Positions 22,700-34,389 of a DNA stretch of 64,000 nucleotides are shown here, piece by piece. The translations under genes were made by a program, and so were the position numbers. The stretch comes from Callorhinchus milii (Eukaryota), in assembly GCF_018977255.1 (NCBI RefSeq), contig NW_024704743.1, positions 12,278,001 through 12,342,000 of the forward strand. Reading direction: 5' to 3'. The stretch's first letter is position 1, and every line of letters begins with the position of its first letter. Under the pieces are notes generated by a model. That model was not told the DNA's origin and did no database searches. It was given only the letters and a program-made list of their open reading frames with translations.

Positions 22700-25600
22700 A
22701 TCCTGAGGGCTGATGCTGTCCCGCTTATCTCTCGCTCCCGGTCTCTGCGTGCGTGTTTTGGCTGCCGCCCCAACCCGAGCCTCCCCCTCCACTCTAAATG
22801 TCTCTCCTCCCACCTCCCTCTATCCGCTATTCCCACTCTGTCCTTCTCTCCCACCGCCGCCCCCTCCTTCTTTCTCCTCGACCCCATCACCACTTCCCTC
22901 TGCTCCAGTCTGGGCATCCTCCGCCGGGCCCAGCGTGGCTCCCAGCACTGGCTGTCCCAGAGCAGCAACCCCAAGTGTCCCATCATTCACACCCTCCGCA
23001 CAAACAGCCTCCTTAAGGCAAACCCAACTTCCCCCTTCCTCATACGTACCCTCCCCAACTCTCCACTCCCACCACACTCCACAGCCATCTCTCCTGTATA
23101 CTCTAAAATCCTCTCCGCATCACTATCTCCTCCCTTTCCTCCCACCATCAAACCCACTCGCATTTCCCTTCAAAATGTCCGTTCCCTCTCTAACAAAGCC
23201 CTCACCATTCATGACCTCATCCTGGATGAGCACCTCGACATTCTTGGGCTTCCCCAATGAACCCCGACCCCCAAGTTGAAGCCTCCCATCCAGGCTACTC
23301 CTTCAACCACACCCCCCGTCCAAACCAACGTTGTGGTGGGGTGGCCCTCATCTCCAAAGCCTCCCTTGGTCTTTCCCCCTACTCCTCTGGCTGCTTCCCC
23401 TCCTATGAGCACCTCACCCACAACCGTGGCCATGCCCTCGACCTCTTCATCACCCACGGCCTTGACATTTCTGACCTTAGCATCGTGGACAAGGCCATCT
23501 CGGACTACTTCCTCATCTCCTTCTCCTCTCACATCCCTCTCTCCTCCACCAAGCCCTCAACCATACTCTACCGCCCGTGGAAAAGGCTACCCCCTGAGAC
23601 CCTCACAAGGGCTCTCACATCCTCCAATATCCTATCCCTCTGGCCTTCCACCCGCAGAGATCCTGAAGCAGCCGTCCAGCTGCTCCATGATCGCCTCTCC
23701 TCCACCTTCAACTTTCTCGTCCCCCTGAAATCCAGGACCATCTCCAAACCCACCCGATCCCCCGGTATAACAATCATCTCCGCTCCCTAAAAACCCAAAC
23801 TTGGCTACTCGAGCGCAGATAGCAGATAACTGGCCTGACAGTTCATCACCAACAGTGGCTTGAGCATCTCTACAGTTCTTTGACGCACGCAAAAACGGCC
23901 TTCTACTCCAACATCATCTTGGAGGCAAAAAACAATCCCAAAATCCTTTTTTCCACCACCCACTACCTCCTCTGTGCTCCCCCACAGGCCTCCTCAATCT
24001 TCACATCTAATGCCAAGTGCGAGGAGGTCATGGACTTCTTTTCAACCAAAATACATAATATCCGCCAGGCAGCCTCATCCTCCTGCCTCTTGTCATCCAC
24101 CATCACCCCCTCACCATCCCCCTCACCCTCCCCATCATCAGTTCCTATCACGATCCCCATTCTACATTCCTTCCTCCCCATCACTCCTTCCTCCCTCTCA
24201 CCCATCATCACTTCAATGAAATCCACCACCTGCTGCCTTGACCCCCTCCCCACCAACTTGATGGTCACCCAGTTCCCCCTCCTCTGCCCACTACTGGCTG
24301 ACGTCATCAACCAGTCCCTCTCCTCTGGATCAGTCCCTGCCCCCCTCAAAACTACTGTCATCAAACCCTCCTCAAAAAATCTTCCCTAGATCCCTCAGAC
24401 CCCAGCCACCAACGCCCTATTTCTAACCTGCCCTTCCTCGCAAACGTTCTAGAACGCATTGTTGCCAATCAACTCCGCGCACACCTCTCCTCCCACTCCC
24501 TCTTCGAACGCCTCCAGTTCGGTTTCCGCCCACAGTACAGAGACTGCGCTTGTGAAAGTCTCAAATGATATCTTCTCTATCTGTGACCAGGGCTTCCTCT
24601 GCCTCCTTGTCCTCCTGGACCTCTCCGATCACAGTCGATCACGCCATCCTCCTCCATGGTCTTTCCTCCATCATCCACCTCAGTGGGACCGCATTCGCCT
24701 GGTTCGAATCCTACCTCACAAACCGTCAGCAGTACATCTGCACAAACGGCTTCTCCTCCCGCTCTCACCCAGTTACCTGCGGGGTACCCCAAGGATCCAT
24801 CCTTGGGCCCCTCCTCTTCCTAATCTATAGGCTCCCTCTTGGGGATGTCATCCACAGACATGGGGTACACTTCCACAAGTATGCGGACGACATCCAACTC
24901 TATTTTTCTACCTCACTTTGCGACCCCCAGTCCCCTGATATTCTGTCAGCCTGCCTGTCAGACATCAGGAGCTGGATGAGCGCGAATTTTCTTCCGCTGA
25001 ACATTAACAAGTCAGAAGCCATACTCTTTGGCTCTCGTCAAGGTCTAAAATCACACGGTTCTCACCTCCTCCACCTACCCGACCTCCCTCTAAAACTCTC
25101 CGAACCCATACGCAACCTAGGCGTCAGGTTTGACCCCTATTTATCCTTCCTCCCCCACATCCGGTCCCTCACCAGCACTGCTTTCTTCCACCTCTGACGC
25201 ATCGCCCGTCTCCGCCAATACCTCACTCCAAAAGCCACTGAGACCCTGATCCATGCCTTTGTCACCACTCGGCTGGACTATTCAAATTCCCTCCTCACCG
25301 GTCTCCCATCCACTACCATTCATAAAATCCAGGTCATCCAAAACTCTGCCGCCCACATTCTTACCCGCACTGAACTCCGCTCCCCGATTACCCCAGTCCT
25401 TGTCAGACTGCACTGGCTGCCTGTCCCAGAAAGGATCGAGTTCAAGATCCTCACTCTTGTCTTCAAATCCTTCCACTCCTCTGCACCCCCCTAACTCTCT
25501 GACCTCCTCTCTCCTCACAACAGTGCCCGTTGCCTTCGCTCTACCAGGTCTGGCCTTACCTTGTCCCCTGAATCCTCCGTGGCATCATCGGCAGCCGTGC

Positions 25601-25830
25601 CTTCAGCCACTATGCCCCGAGGCTCTGGAACTCCCATCCTCATTCCCTTCGCCTCGCCCCCTCTCTTCCTATTTTCAGGTCTCGGCTGAAAACCTTTCTT
25701 TTCGACTGCGCCTTTGGTTACCTTCCTCCCTCTCTCCCTGGCTCGGGCCCGGGGTCTGTTACTGTGAAGCGCTCTGAGATGCCGTCCGGCATGGAGAACG
25801 CTATATAAATCCAAGTTGTTGTTGTTGTTG
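22700..25830 (+). mobile_element. Long L2 LINE copy (APE endonuclease + RT + tail), frameshifted
   Basis: FSLQNVRSLSNKALTIHDLI (~23162), GGVALI, HNRGHALDL, ISDYFLI, CCLDPLPT, GVPQGSILGPLLF, YADDIQLY, (GTT)n tail at ~25814-25829. Confidence 0.92.
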
Positions 25831-26964
25831 GATCTGTACTTCCCTCCACCCCCAGCTCTGCCAGCCAGGCACCCACCTCGCCCCTCTCGCCTCCTCCTCC
25901 CTTAGAGATCAGGTGATCAACTATTCCACTGGTCAGAAAGGTTCCTGCATTTAAGGAGAGATGTATTTGGTGTAGGACAGAGTGGAATAGCGAACATGTG
26001 GGGATAAATATCCCCAAGCCAAATTAAGACTGAACTCAGGGCTGAGATGGCTCCAAGGTAACATGCCTGACAGTGGAGTGTCAGAATTGAGCCCACCCTC
26101 TGTGATGGTCTTGGTAGTCCAGTTCCTGAGCCAGGTGGACCCGCAGACTCCAGGACACTGCTGATGATAGCATTTCTGCCTGAATTATAGAAATTTATAG
26201 CACAGAAGGAGGCCATTCAGCTCATTGATGCTGCACCGGTTCTCAGAGCAAGGTATTCATTAAATTCCACTGTCCTGCCCTATCCGCATACCTATCATGT
26301 CTCTATCCTTCATTACCTATATACTTCCCTCTTGAAACTCACAATGGGCTTCGCCTCTACTACTTTCCTTGGTAGAGAATTGCGTGTCCCAAACACTCTC
26401 TGGGTGAAAGAGTTTCTCATTTCACTCTTCTTGTAAGTGCTCCAGGACGCTACCCCACGTGAAGGGTGCTATAAAAATGCAAGTTGTTGTTGTATCATAT
26501 TATCTTCTCCCACTGACAGTGACAAGGATTCTCACCAACCCACTCCTGTTAACCCTGCGAGCTAAAGCACTAATGGATTGGGTGGTATAGCTGGACAAGC
26601 AGAGGGAAGCTCTCAACGGCTATTTATTAACCTTATTTTCCAGCTCTTTCTCTGTTTCACTTAATATTTTATTGCTCAAGTGCTTCAACAGTTCTCAGAT
26701 GAATGGGGTTAATTATTATTGATTGCGCTTTGCATGTCGGGAGGACTTCTCAAAGCTCTTAAATGCTTTATTTATGTGCTATAACTCGTGCAGCTGAAGG
26801 GAGCCACAGTACAAATGAACATTTCACAAATTTGCCCTTAAAAGTTCAAAGCTGACTCCGGGTTCCTGCGCATGCCTCAGCCCTTTCTGCTCCGCCATCA
26901 GCAGACATGCTTTCAGCCACTACTCCCCAAGTCTCTGGAACTCCCTTCCTCAATCCCTCCTACT

Positions 26965-27212
26965 TAAGAACATAAGAAATAGGAGCAAGAGTAGGCCGTT
27001 CGGCCCCTTGAGCCTGCCCCGCCATTTAATAAGATCATGGTTGATCTTCTAACCTAATTCCATTTACCCGCCCTATCCCCATATCCCTTAATCACTTTTC
27101 TATGAGATCACCTCTAATTCTTCTATATTCTAGAGCATATAGGCCTAGTCTACTCAACCTCTCCTCGTAGGTCAACCCCCTCATCCCAGGAACGAACCTA
27201 GTGAACCTACGT
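26965..27212 (-). mobile_element. CR1 3' fragment, interrupted by an L2 3' piece (27213-27476)
   Basis: QRRFTRFVPGMRGLTYEERLSRLGLYALEYRRIRGDLIE; ttcttatgttctta tail. Confidence 0.85.
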
Positions 27213-27949
27213 TGCAACAACAACAACAACAAGATTACATTTGTATAGCGCCTTTCACGTCGGGAGGACAGCATTTCAGACCTGAGCTGGGGTCAGGGGG
27301 GAGAAGGGAGGGTCGGGGAAGGGGGGGTGACTGATGGTGGGACTTGAAGCAGGCTAAGGAGGGGGCGAGGCGGAGTGATTGGGGGATGGAATTCCAGAGG
27401 TTGGGGGCAGAGTGGCTGAAGGCTCTCCCGCCAATGGTGTGGCGGGTGGGTCGGGGGACGAGCGGCAGGCCGGAGCCTTAGTTACACTAAGTTAAAACTT
27501 AGCTTTAAAACTTAGTTTAGTTGCACCTCCTCTAAGTCAAATATATCCTTTCTTAGATAAGAACTTACAGAAAAGGAAAGCTTGGCCCCTTCTTGTCTGT
27601 CTTCAGATCACATCTGAATACCTTCCTCGTCGACCGTGCCTACGGTCGCCTCCCATCACACCCCGGTCCAGCATCAAGCTCCGCCACTATTAAGGGCATG
27701 ACATGGCGCTGTTGTTGAATAGTTGCTGAAGCATTAACAAAAGCAACAACAATTATTATAGGTGTGCTGAAAGGCAAGCTGGAGGTTTCTGTAGTCAGCT
27801 GCATGTTCCAACATCTCTGGTTCAGCAATCATTAATCGTTAATGATTAAGTCAGAAGTTTAAATTAAGAGGCACAAGTGACACCACTGTGTTGGAATTCC
27901 ACATGGGTGGGTCTATATCTACCCTATTAACACAGCAATATCAGAGTGC

Positions 27950-28057
27950 CCAGAATTTGGCAAAGTCTTGAAGCTTTCCTTTTCTGTAAGTTCTTATTAA
28001 GAGCTGTAGTAAATTGACTTCAAAGGTAAGGCTTTTTAAGAGTTTGCCAAATTCTGG
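27950..28057. repeat. MITE-like inverted repeat
   Basis: CCAGAATTTGGCAAAgTCTT ... AAGAgTTTGCCAAATTCTGG: 20-bp arms with 1 mismatch. Confidence 0.7.
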
Positions 28058-28714
28058 ACCCTCATACGTGGATGACTCCAGGATGGAGTTTCTCAAAAAC
28101 AGAAGAAAGTTTCTCCCAGTGTTCTGGCCAACAATCGCCCCACATAAAAATTGGTTGTTCACTTTGTGGCTGTTTGTGGGACCTTGTTGTGCGTAAATTG
28201 GCTGCCTACAAAATAGACTGCACATTACAGTAAAATCCTGTGGATTTTGAGACGTCCTCCTGAGGTGAAAGGTGCTGTATCAAATGCAAGGATTATTATA
28301 AAGCCTTCCAATATATTTGGAAGAGCATTACATGGGTAACAGTGCTGTGTAAACCTTGATTACTTGTATTCTGTGTTGACATTAGAGGTTGGGGTGCTTT
28401 AATGTGAGCATTAGTTATAGCCTTGTTGATAAGCTGCTGATAAGTGTCATAAAATCATAGGGTTTACAGCCCAGAAGGAGACCATTTGGCCTATTGTGAC
28501 GGGAAAGGCACTATCTAAATCAATAAGCTGCTGTGTTGGTCAATTTGTGGTTTGTTGTCGTACCCACCAATGGTGGACGGGCCTTTACCTTTTCTGCCCC
28601 CAATCTCTGTACCTCCATCCCCAAATCCCTCAGCCTCACCTCCTTCAAGATCCGTCTTGAGGCCTCCCTCTTTGACCATGCGTTCGGCTACACTTCCACT
28701 CCTATCCAACCTAC

Positions 28715-29472
28715 TGTCAAGCTTACCCTATTGCAGTCCGTAGTAAATAATATATATATAACTATATAATATTATTTAAAGGAAATGGGTAGGCCTGCTC
28801 ATTTAAATAGATTTAGTTGCAGAAGCTGCTTGCAAAAGACTTAGCAAACAACATACATGAGGTGTACCTGAGTTGAAACAATATATTGGACCTGGACTGT
28901 TTTTTTGGACAGTCAGTTAACAAGCAGCCTGCAGAGTAAAAGAACACGTGGACGCTAGTGCGGGAAAAAGTTCTCGCCTTCGCATCATACGATGGGCGAC
29001 GCTACAGGACTACTGTACTGTCGGGTTGGTTTAAATCTATTTTACTAATGTAGTATTGTGCTGCAAGTTGATATAGTTATCTGTGACAGTTATGTTTGAT
29101 CTCATTGTGGTTTACCTTAAATTGCTGTGACCCTTATATGCAAGGTAGCCCAGGGTTGCTAGGTCTTAATAAAGAGCTGTTTTTTCTACCTACTGTATTC
29201 TCGAGTCTGTAATATTCTAAAACAGGAAAAGGAGTAAACACTTTGGAGAGTAGCTGTCGACACCGGAGTTCTGCTAGTGCGAGCAGACTCTGATTAGACA
29301 GTCCAGTTACAGGCATTGGAGTTAACTTGGAATACCGGTTGGTCTGGGTGCGTGACTCTGACTCGATTGAGTCACCTTCGAAACACTGACAGTGTTTGGA
29401 GAGAGCAGAGACCAATTAGTACAAAAGCGTTAATAAAATGTGCACATACATCAAGGAGTGAGAACCGTTGCA
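28715..29472 (+). mobile_element. Solo LTR (758 bp) with 4-bp TSD CTAC
   Basis: ctac|TGTCAAG...GTTGCA|ctac; TG..CA termini; AATAAA at ~29168 and 29432; splits an L2 3' fragment that resumes at 29473. Confidence 0.8.
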
Positions 29473-29879
29473 CTACCCTTCAACCCTCTTGATACCAATC
29501 CCCAGCTCAGGTCAAAACCCTTAACTGTCCAGCGCCTTGGAACGTTGCTATACAAATGTAATTTGTTGCTATCGTGCCTTCTCTCTGAAAGAGCTAGCAG
29601 TTCAGTTCAGTCCTACTCTCCTACCCTTGCCTCATACCATTTCAAATCTTTGTCTATTTCCTTTTTTAAAGCTTTTACAGATTCTGCTTCAACCAATGAT
29701 TTTGGTAGGACATTGTCATTGATACATGCCTCAATGACCCAATGTGCAAGAAAAATATTAATACAATTTTTCTTTCTCATATATTGGGTAACTGGTTGCA
29801 CAGCCTTAGTTTTGATTTTGATGATGATGTTAAATTGATACCCTTTAGTTACTGACTAATTGGTGCTTATTCCCCATTA

Positions 29880-30400
29880 GTCCTGTAGTGTATTGGTTAG
29901 AGCACTCACCTCGCAAGCGAGAGGACCTGGGTTCGATTCCCGGGCAGGGTGAAATCTTACATGTTTCCTTACTCCATACGCTTCTGTTTACCAAGCAGTA
30001 AGTAGGAACTTGGTTGTTCCTTGACCGTGCCTTCAGCTCCCCTCTTGACTCTCTATCCCCTCCTTGCTCCCTCCCTTCCCTCCCCTCACCCTGACCATTT
30101 CCCCCCTGCTTGGGTCCTGACCCAAATGTACAGCGCCTTGGGACATCCTCCCGACGTGAAAGGCGCTCTACAAATGGAATCTTGTTGTTGTTGTTGTTAG
30201 TTGATTGGTGGATCGCTTTACCGGAGTAATTATCCCTCCAAAAATAAATAATGTGGCCACTCAATACACGACTGTTTGTCTGCCTCGATTCACCCACAAA
30301 ATACACAGTCAATCCAATTTACAATGTATTCTGTGAAGTGCTTTGAGACATCTCAACGACATGATAAGGCGCTATATCAAATGCAAGGGTTATTATTATT
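29880..30400 (+). mobile_element. tRNA-Ala-headed SINE with nested short L2 3' copy (~30020-30198)
   Basis: Head gtcctgtagtgtattggttagagcac..GGTTCGATTCC; body split at ggttgtt|agt by an L2 3' end. Confidence 0.88.
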
Positions 30401-30743
30401 ACTGGAGAGGAGACTCTGGCATACAGCAGGTCATACTCATTCAGTCTATTGCTCTGCATGCTGTAGTTTAGAGTCAGAATGCCACAGATGGTTTTCTCTG
30501 TTCACTGCCAAATAAAAACTTGTGTTGGTTAAATTCTAGTTGATCTCCACACTTAACTGAAGTAGTTTCCTGTTACACTGTAACTTATCTCTTTTGCAAA
30601 CACGCCTCTGGGTATTTCTTTAAACTCAGGTGATTTGAGATTCTGTTCTCAACAGTTACTAAAAGACTCAAAGGGCTGATTTTTGTTTAAATTGGGGGCA
30701 AAGATTAATAGTGGAAAAGATTAATAGTGGCGGAGCTAGACGT

Positions 30744-30782
30744 TGCCTAAGGTCACCTCCCTTAGGGAGGTGACCTTAGGCA
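30744..30782. repeat. Perfect 39-bp palindrome
   Basis: TGCCTAAGGTCACCTCCCT-T-AGGGAGGTGACCTTAGGCA (19-bp arms). Confidence 0.95.
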
Positions 30783-31050
30783 GGGTTGAAGAGGAAGGTC
30801 TTCAGGTGCGATCTGAAGATGGGCAAGAAGGGAGAAAGGTGGAGGGATTGAGGCAGAGAGTTCCAAAGTCTCGTGGCATAGTGGCTGAAAGCACGGCCAG
30901 TGATGGTAGAGTAGAGGAGAAGAGGGACGTGCAGGAGGCTTGAGCCAGCTGAGCGAAGGGGATGGGTGTTGGAGTAGGGTATGCGGAGGTCAGACAATAG
31001 GGAGGTACCAGGGCATGAAGTGATTTATACATGAGTGGGAGTTCAAATTC
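30783..31050 (-). mobile_element. L2 3' fragment
   Basis: GRAFSHYATRLWNSLPQSL..FRSHLKTFLFN. Confidence 0.8.
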
Positions 31051-31154
31051 CAATTTGTGATTATCCTGCATGGAGTGGGGGTTGGGTAAGTAGGGTTTCC
31101 TTAGAACTGAATTGGTTTAAGATTACATGCTTGGCAAAGGAATATCAAAATCAA

Positions 31155-31800
31155 GTCAATCCTTTGTGGTGATCTTAGTTGCCTGGTTCTGATCCAGGAG
31201 GGTCTGGGGAACCACTTGTGATAGCCCAACCAGCCTGGCACCTCGGCAAGAGATGGAGGGTAGAACGGTCACTGGGACAATGATTCTTCCTCCTCGGCTG
31301 CTCGTTAGCCCTGCAAACCAACGCCCTAAAAGGGTAGGGTGGTCCTAGCCGGATCAGCAGCAAGAAGCATGTGAGACAGTGCTCTCCAACCAGCTAAAAT
31401 TGCGCAAGCTATGCGCAATTTTAGCTGGTTGGACTACAGCAGTACCCCAACACACACTCTGTTGTCCCCAAGCCTTGTTCCTGTCAACCTGCGCCAAATA
31501 CCCTTCAGAATTAGTAAAGCAGGATGTATTCCTCCAGTGAGAGAGCATTCATTCCATTCAAATGTGGGAATTTCAATGTATAGGTGGGATGCATGGAACT
31601 CTTGTTTGGTTTGGATACTGTAAAACGTGGTGATGGATTTCTGCATGTGTCAGACATCCATCTAACCAAAAAATAATCCATGCAGGAACCTTGAATGCAG
31701 TGCTAGGGTTAAGCAGCATATCAAAGGTGCCATACTTTGAATGAAACATTAAACCAAGGTCCCATCTGCTCTTCAGATGGACGTTAATGATCCCAGGGTA
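31155..31800 (-). mobile_element. Composite SINE: Deu-domain head plus long extra domain
   Basis: 31155-31670 is the reverse-complement homologue of 55085-55610 (shared cagtatccaaaccaaac, catcctgct); a Deu-domain segment adjoins at 31690-31800. Confidence 0.65.
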
Positions 31801-32418
31801 CTTCTGGGATCGAATTGAGAAGCAAGTTTCTCTAGCATCTTGTTGTTGTTGTAGTATCCGTCCCATTAACAATAGGACATTAATGCCCTTACTCTCTGGA
31901 GCTCCATCCCAGTGTCCCTCCGACTCATTCCTCCCTTCCTTCATTAAAGGTCCATCTCAAGATCTACTTCTTTGACTGTGTTTTGGGTTATCTTTCCCTC
32001 CCCACCCGTCGGCTCCCATCCCACAACTCAGATATCCAGCCAGCAATGTCAAATTCTTTTGGACATCCTCCTGATGTAAATAATAAAAATAATCCTTGCA
32101 TTTAATATAGCACTTTATCATGTCATTGTCATTCTATGATTTGAAGCGCTTCACAGAATATATTGTAAAGTGGATTGATTGTATATTTTGTGTGCAAAAA
32201 GATAATATATATATTTATTTATAACTGTATAGTGAACGATGCTATATAAATATAACTTTGAATTGCATTGTATTGCTGTGTGCCAATTGACTTCCGCAAT
32301 TGCCTACAAATTGCATGATCACTGCACTTTACAGTATATCTTGTGAAGCGCATTGAGATGTCCTCCCGATGTGAAAGGTGCTGCAGTAAATGCAAGGATT
32401 ATTTATTTCTTATTACAG

Positions 32419-32455
32419 TAGAGCGCACAATGATTTTGTGTTATTTGGAGAATGG
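32419..32455 (+). CDS. Candidate 37-nt internal exon
   Basis: tttcttattaCAG acceptor (overlaps a SINE tail) and consensus donor TGG|GTAAGT. Confidence 0.25.
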
Positions 32456-32784
32456 GTAAGTTCGTTGTGGAATGCAGTTGGTTAGAGCTGTAAGTGTGAG
32501 TTATAAAGTTGGATTAAATCCAGTTTCCTGGAATTTTTATTCATTGCCAGAGAGAGTTAGGGAATACAGTTAACATGGGTTCACTCAGATTGTAGTGGTT
32601 AAAGCTCATGATGAGCAGATAACAACAACAACAATAACAACAAGATTACATTTGTAAAGCGCCTTTCACGTTGGGAGGAAGTCCCAAGGCGCTGGACAGT
32701 GTACAACATTTCAGATCCGAGCTGGGGTAAACATATATAGCATAACATATGTAACATGTATAGATTCCTGGCCAGGGCAAAATG

Positions 32785-33385
32785 TTGGTCATAAATAGGG
32801 GCATAGAATACAAAAGTCAGGAAGTTATAATGAACCTTTATAAAACACTGGTTAGGCCTCAGCTAGAGACTGGGTTCAGTTCTGGGCACCACACTTTAAG
32901 AAGGAGTCAAGGCATTGGAGAGGCTGCAAAGGAGATTTACCAGGAATGAGGGACTTCAGTTATGAGGAGAGGCGAGAGAAGCTGGGGTTATTCTCCTTAG
33001 AGCAGAAAAGGTTAAGAGGAGACTTAATACAGGTTTTCAAAATTATGAGGGGATTTGATAGGGTGAACAAGGAGAAACTATTTTCACTGGCGGGTGAGTT
33101 GGTAACCCAAGGACACCGATTTAAAATAGCTGTTAAATGAAACAGAGGGGAGGTAGGAGAAATGTTTTCATACAGCGAGTTGTTGGGATCTGGAATGCAT
33201 TGCCTGAAAGGGTGGTGGAAGCCGATTCGATAACAACTTTTAAGAGAGAAGTAGATAATTATTTGGGGAGGACAAGTTTGCAGGGCTATGGGGAGCGCAC
33301 TGGGGGAGTGGGATTGATTGATTTTGAAAGAGACAGAGACACGATGGGCCAAATGGCCTCCTTTTGTGCTGTATAATTCTATAAT
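32785..33385 (+). mobile_element. CR1 3' fragment
   Basis: YEERREKLGLFSLEQKRLRGDLIQVFKIM, FIQRVVGIWNALPERVVEAD; gtataattctat tail. Confidence 0.9.
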
Positions 33386-33991
33386 TCTCTTCTCTTTGAC
33401 CGAGCCTTCAGCTCCCCTCTCGACTCTCTTCCCCCTCCTCGCTCCCTCCCCTCCCCCTGACCATTTCCCCCCTGCTCGGGTCATGACCCAACTGTGCAGC
33501 GCCTTGGGACGTCCTCCTGACGTGAAAGACGCTTTATAAATGGAATCTTGTTGTTGTTGTTGTTGTTGAAGTTTCCTTACTCCACACACCTCTATTTACC
33601 TAGCAGTAAATAGGAACCTGGTTGTTAGTCAATTGGCGGATAATCTCTTAAAGAAAATAATAATTTGGTCACTCAATCAAGGACTGTTTGACACTGCTGA
33701 GCAATTTGCTGCCAAAATATACAGTCAATTCACCTTACAGTATATTCTGTGAAGCGCTTTAAGACTTCTCGAAGAAGTGATAAGGCGATATATCAAATGC
33801 AAGGATTATTACAAACAGCTATGATGTGAATGACGAATTTTATTTGGAGGATTGTTTCCCAACACACCAGGAAAACACTGGGGAAAAACTCCCTTATCTT
33901 TTCAAATAGAGCCACGGGATCTTTAACATCCACAGGAATAAGGAAACGGGACCTTGTTGTAACTAAAAGATATGCTCTACTACCAAAAATA

Positions 33992-34339
33992 ATAATAATA
34001 ATCCTTGCATTTGATATAGTACTTTTCTCGCCTTCACCGAATATACTGCAAAGTGAATTGACTGTATTTTTGTGGGCGAAACGCCACAGCCAATTACACA
34101 CAGCAATGTCCCACAAACAGTCGTGGATTGAGTGATCAAATTGTTATTGTCTTTTTCTGAAGGATTATTATCCCGGAAATGTGATCCACCAATTGACTAA
34201 CAACCGGTGTCCGATTACTGCTAGGTAAACAGAGGCGTGTGGAGTAAGGAAACTTGCCCAACATTTCGCCCTGTCGGGTTTCGAACCCAGGTCTCTTGCT
34301 TGCAAGATGAGGGCTCTAACCACTGAGCTACAGGACTCC
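33992..34339 (-). mobile_element. tRNA-Ala-headed SINE (full length)
   Basis: Complete reverse copy ending ...gagctacaggactcc. Confidence 0.9.
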
Positions 34340-34389
34340 ATGAATGCAATTATAATTTATCTTTCCCCAGCTGCACTGGCATTGACCAA

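Noticed and set aside
29243..29260. Primer-binding site TGGAGAGTAGC after an apparent LTR end
   Set aside because: It matches no tRNA 3' end I recognise, and the TSD places the LTR end at 29472.
30423..30445. miR-214-like start ACAGCAGG
   Set aside because: The remainder of the mature and precursor sequence does not match.
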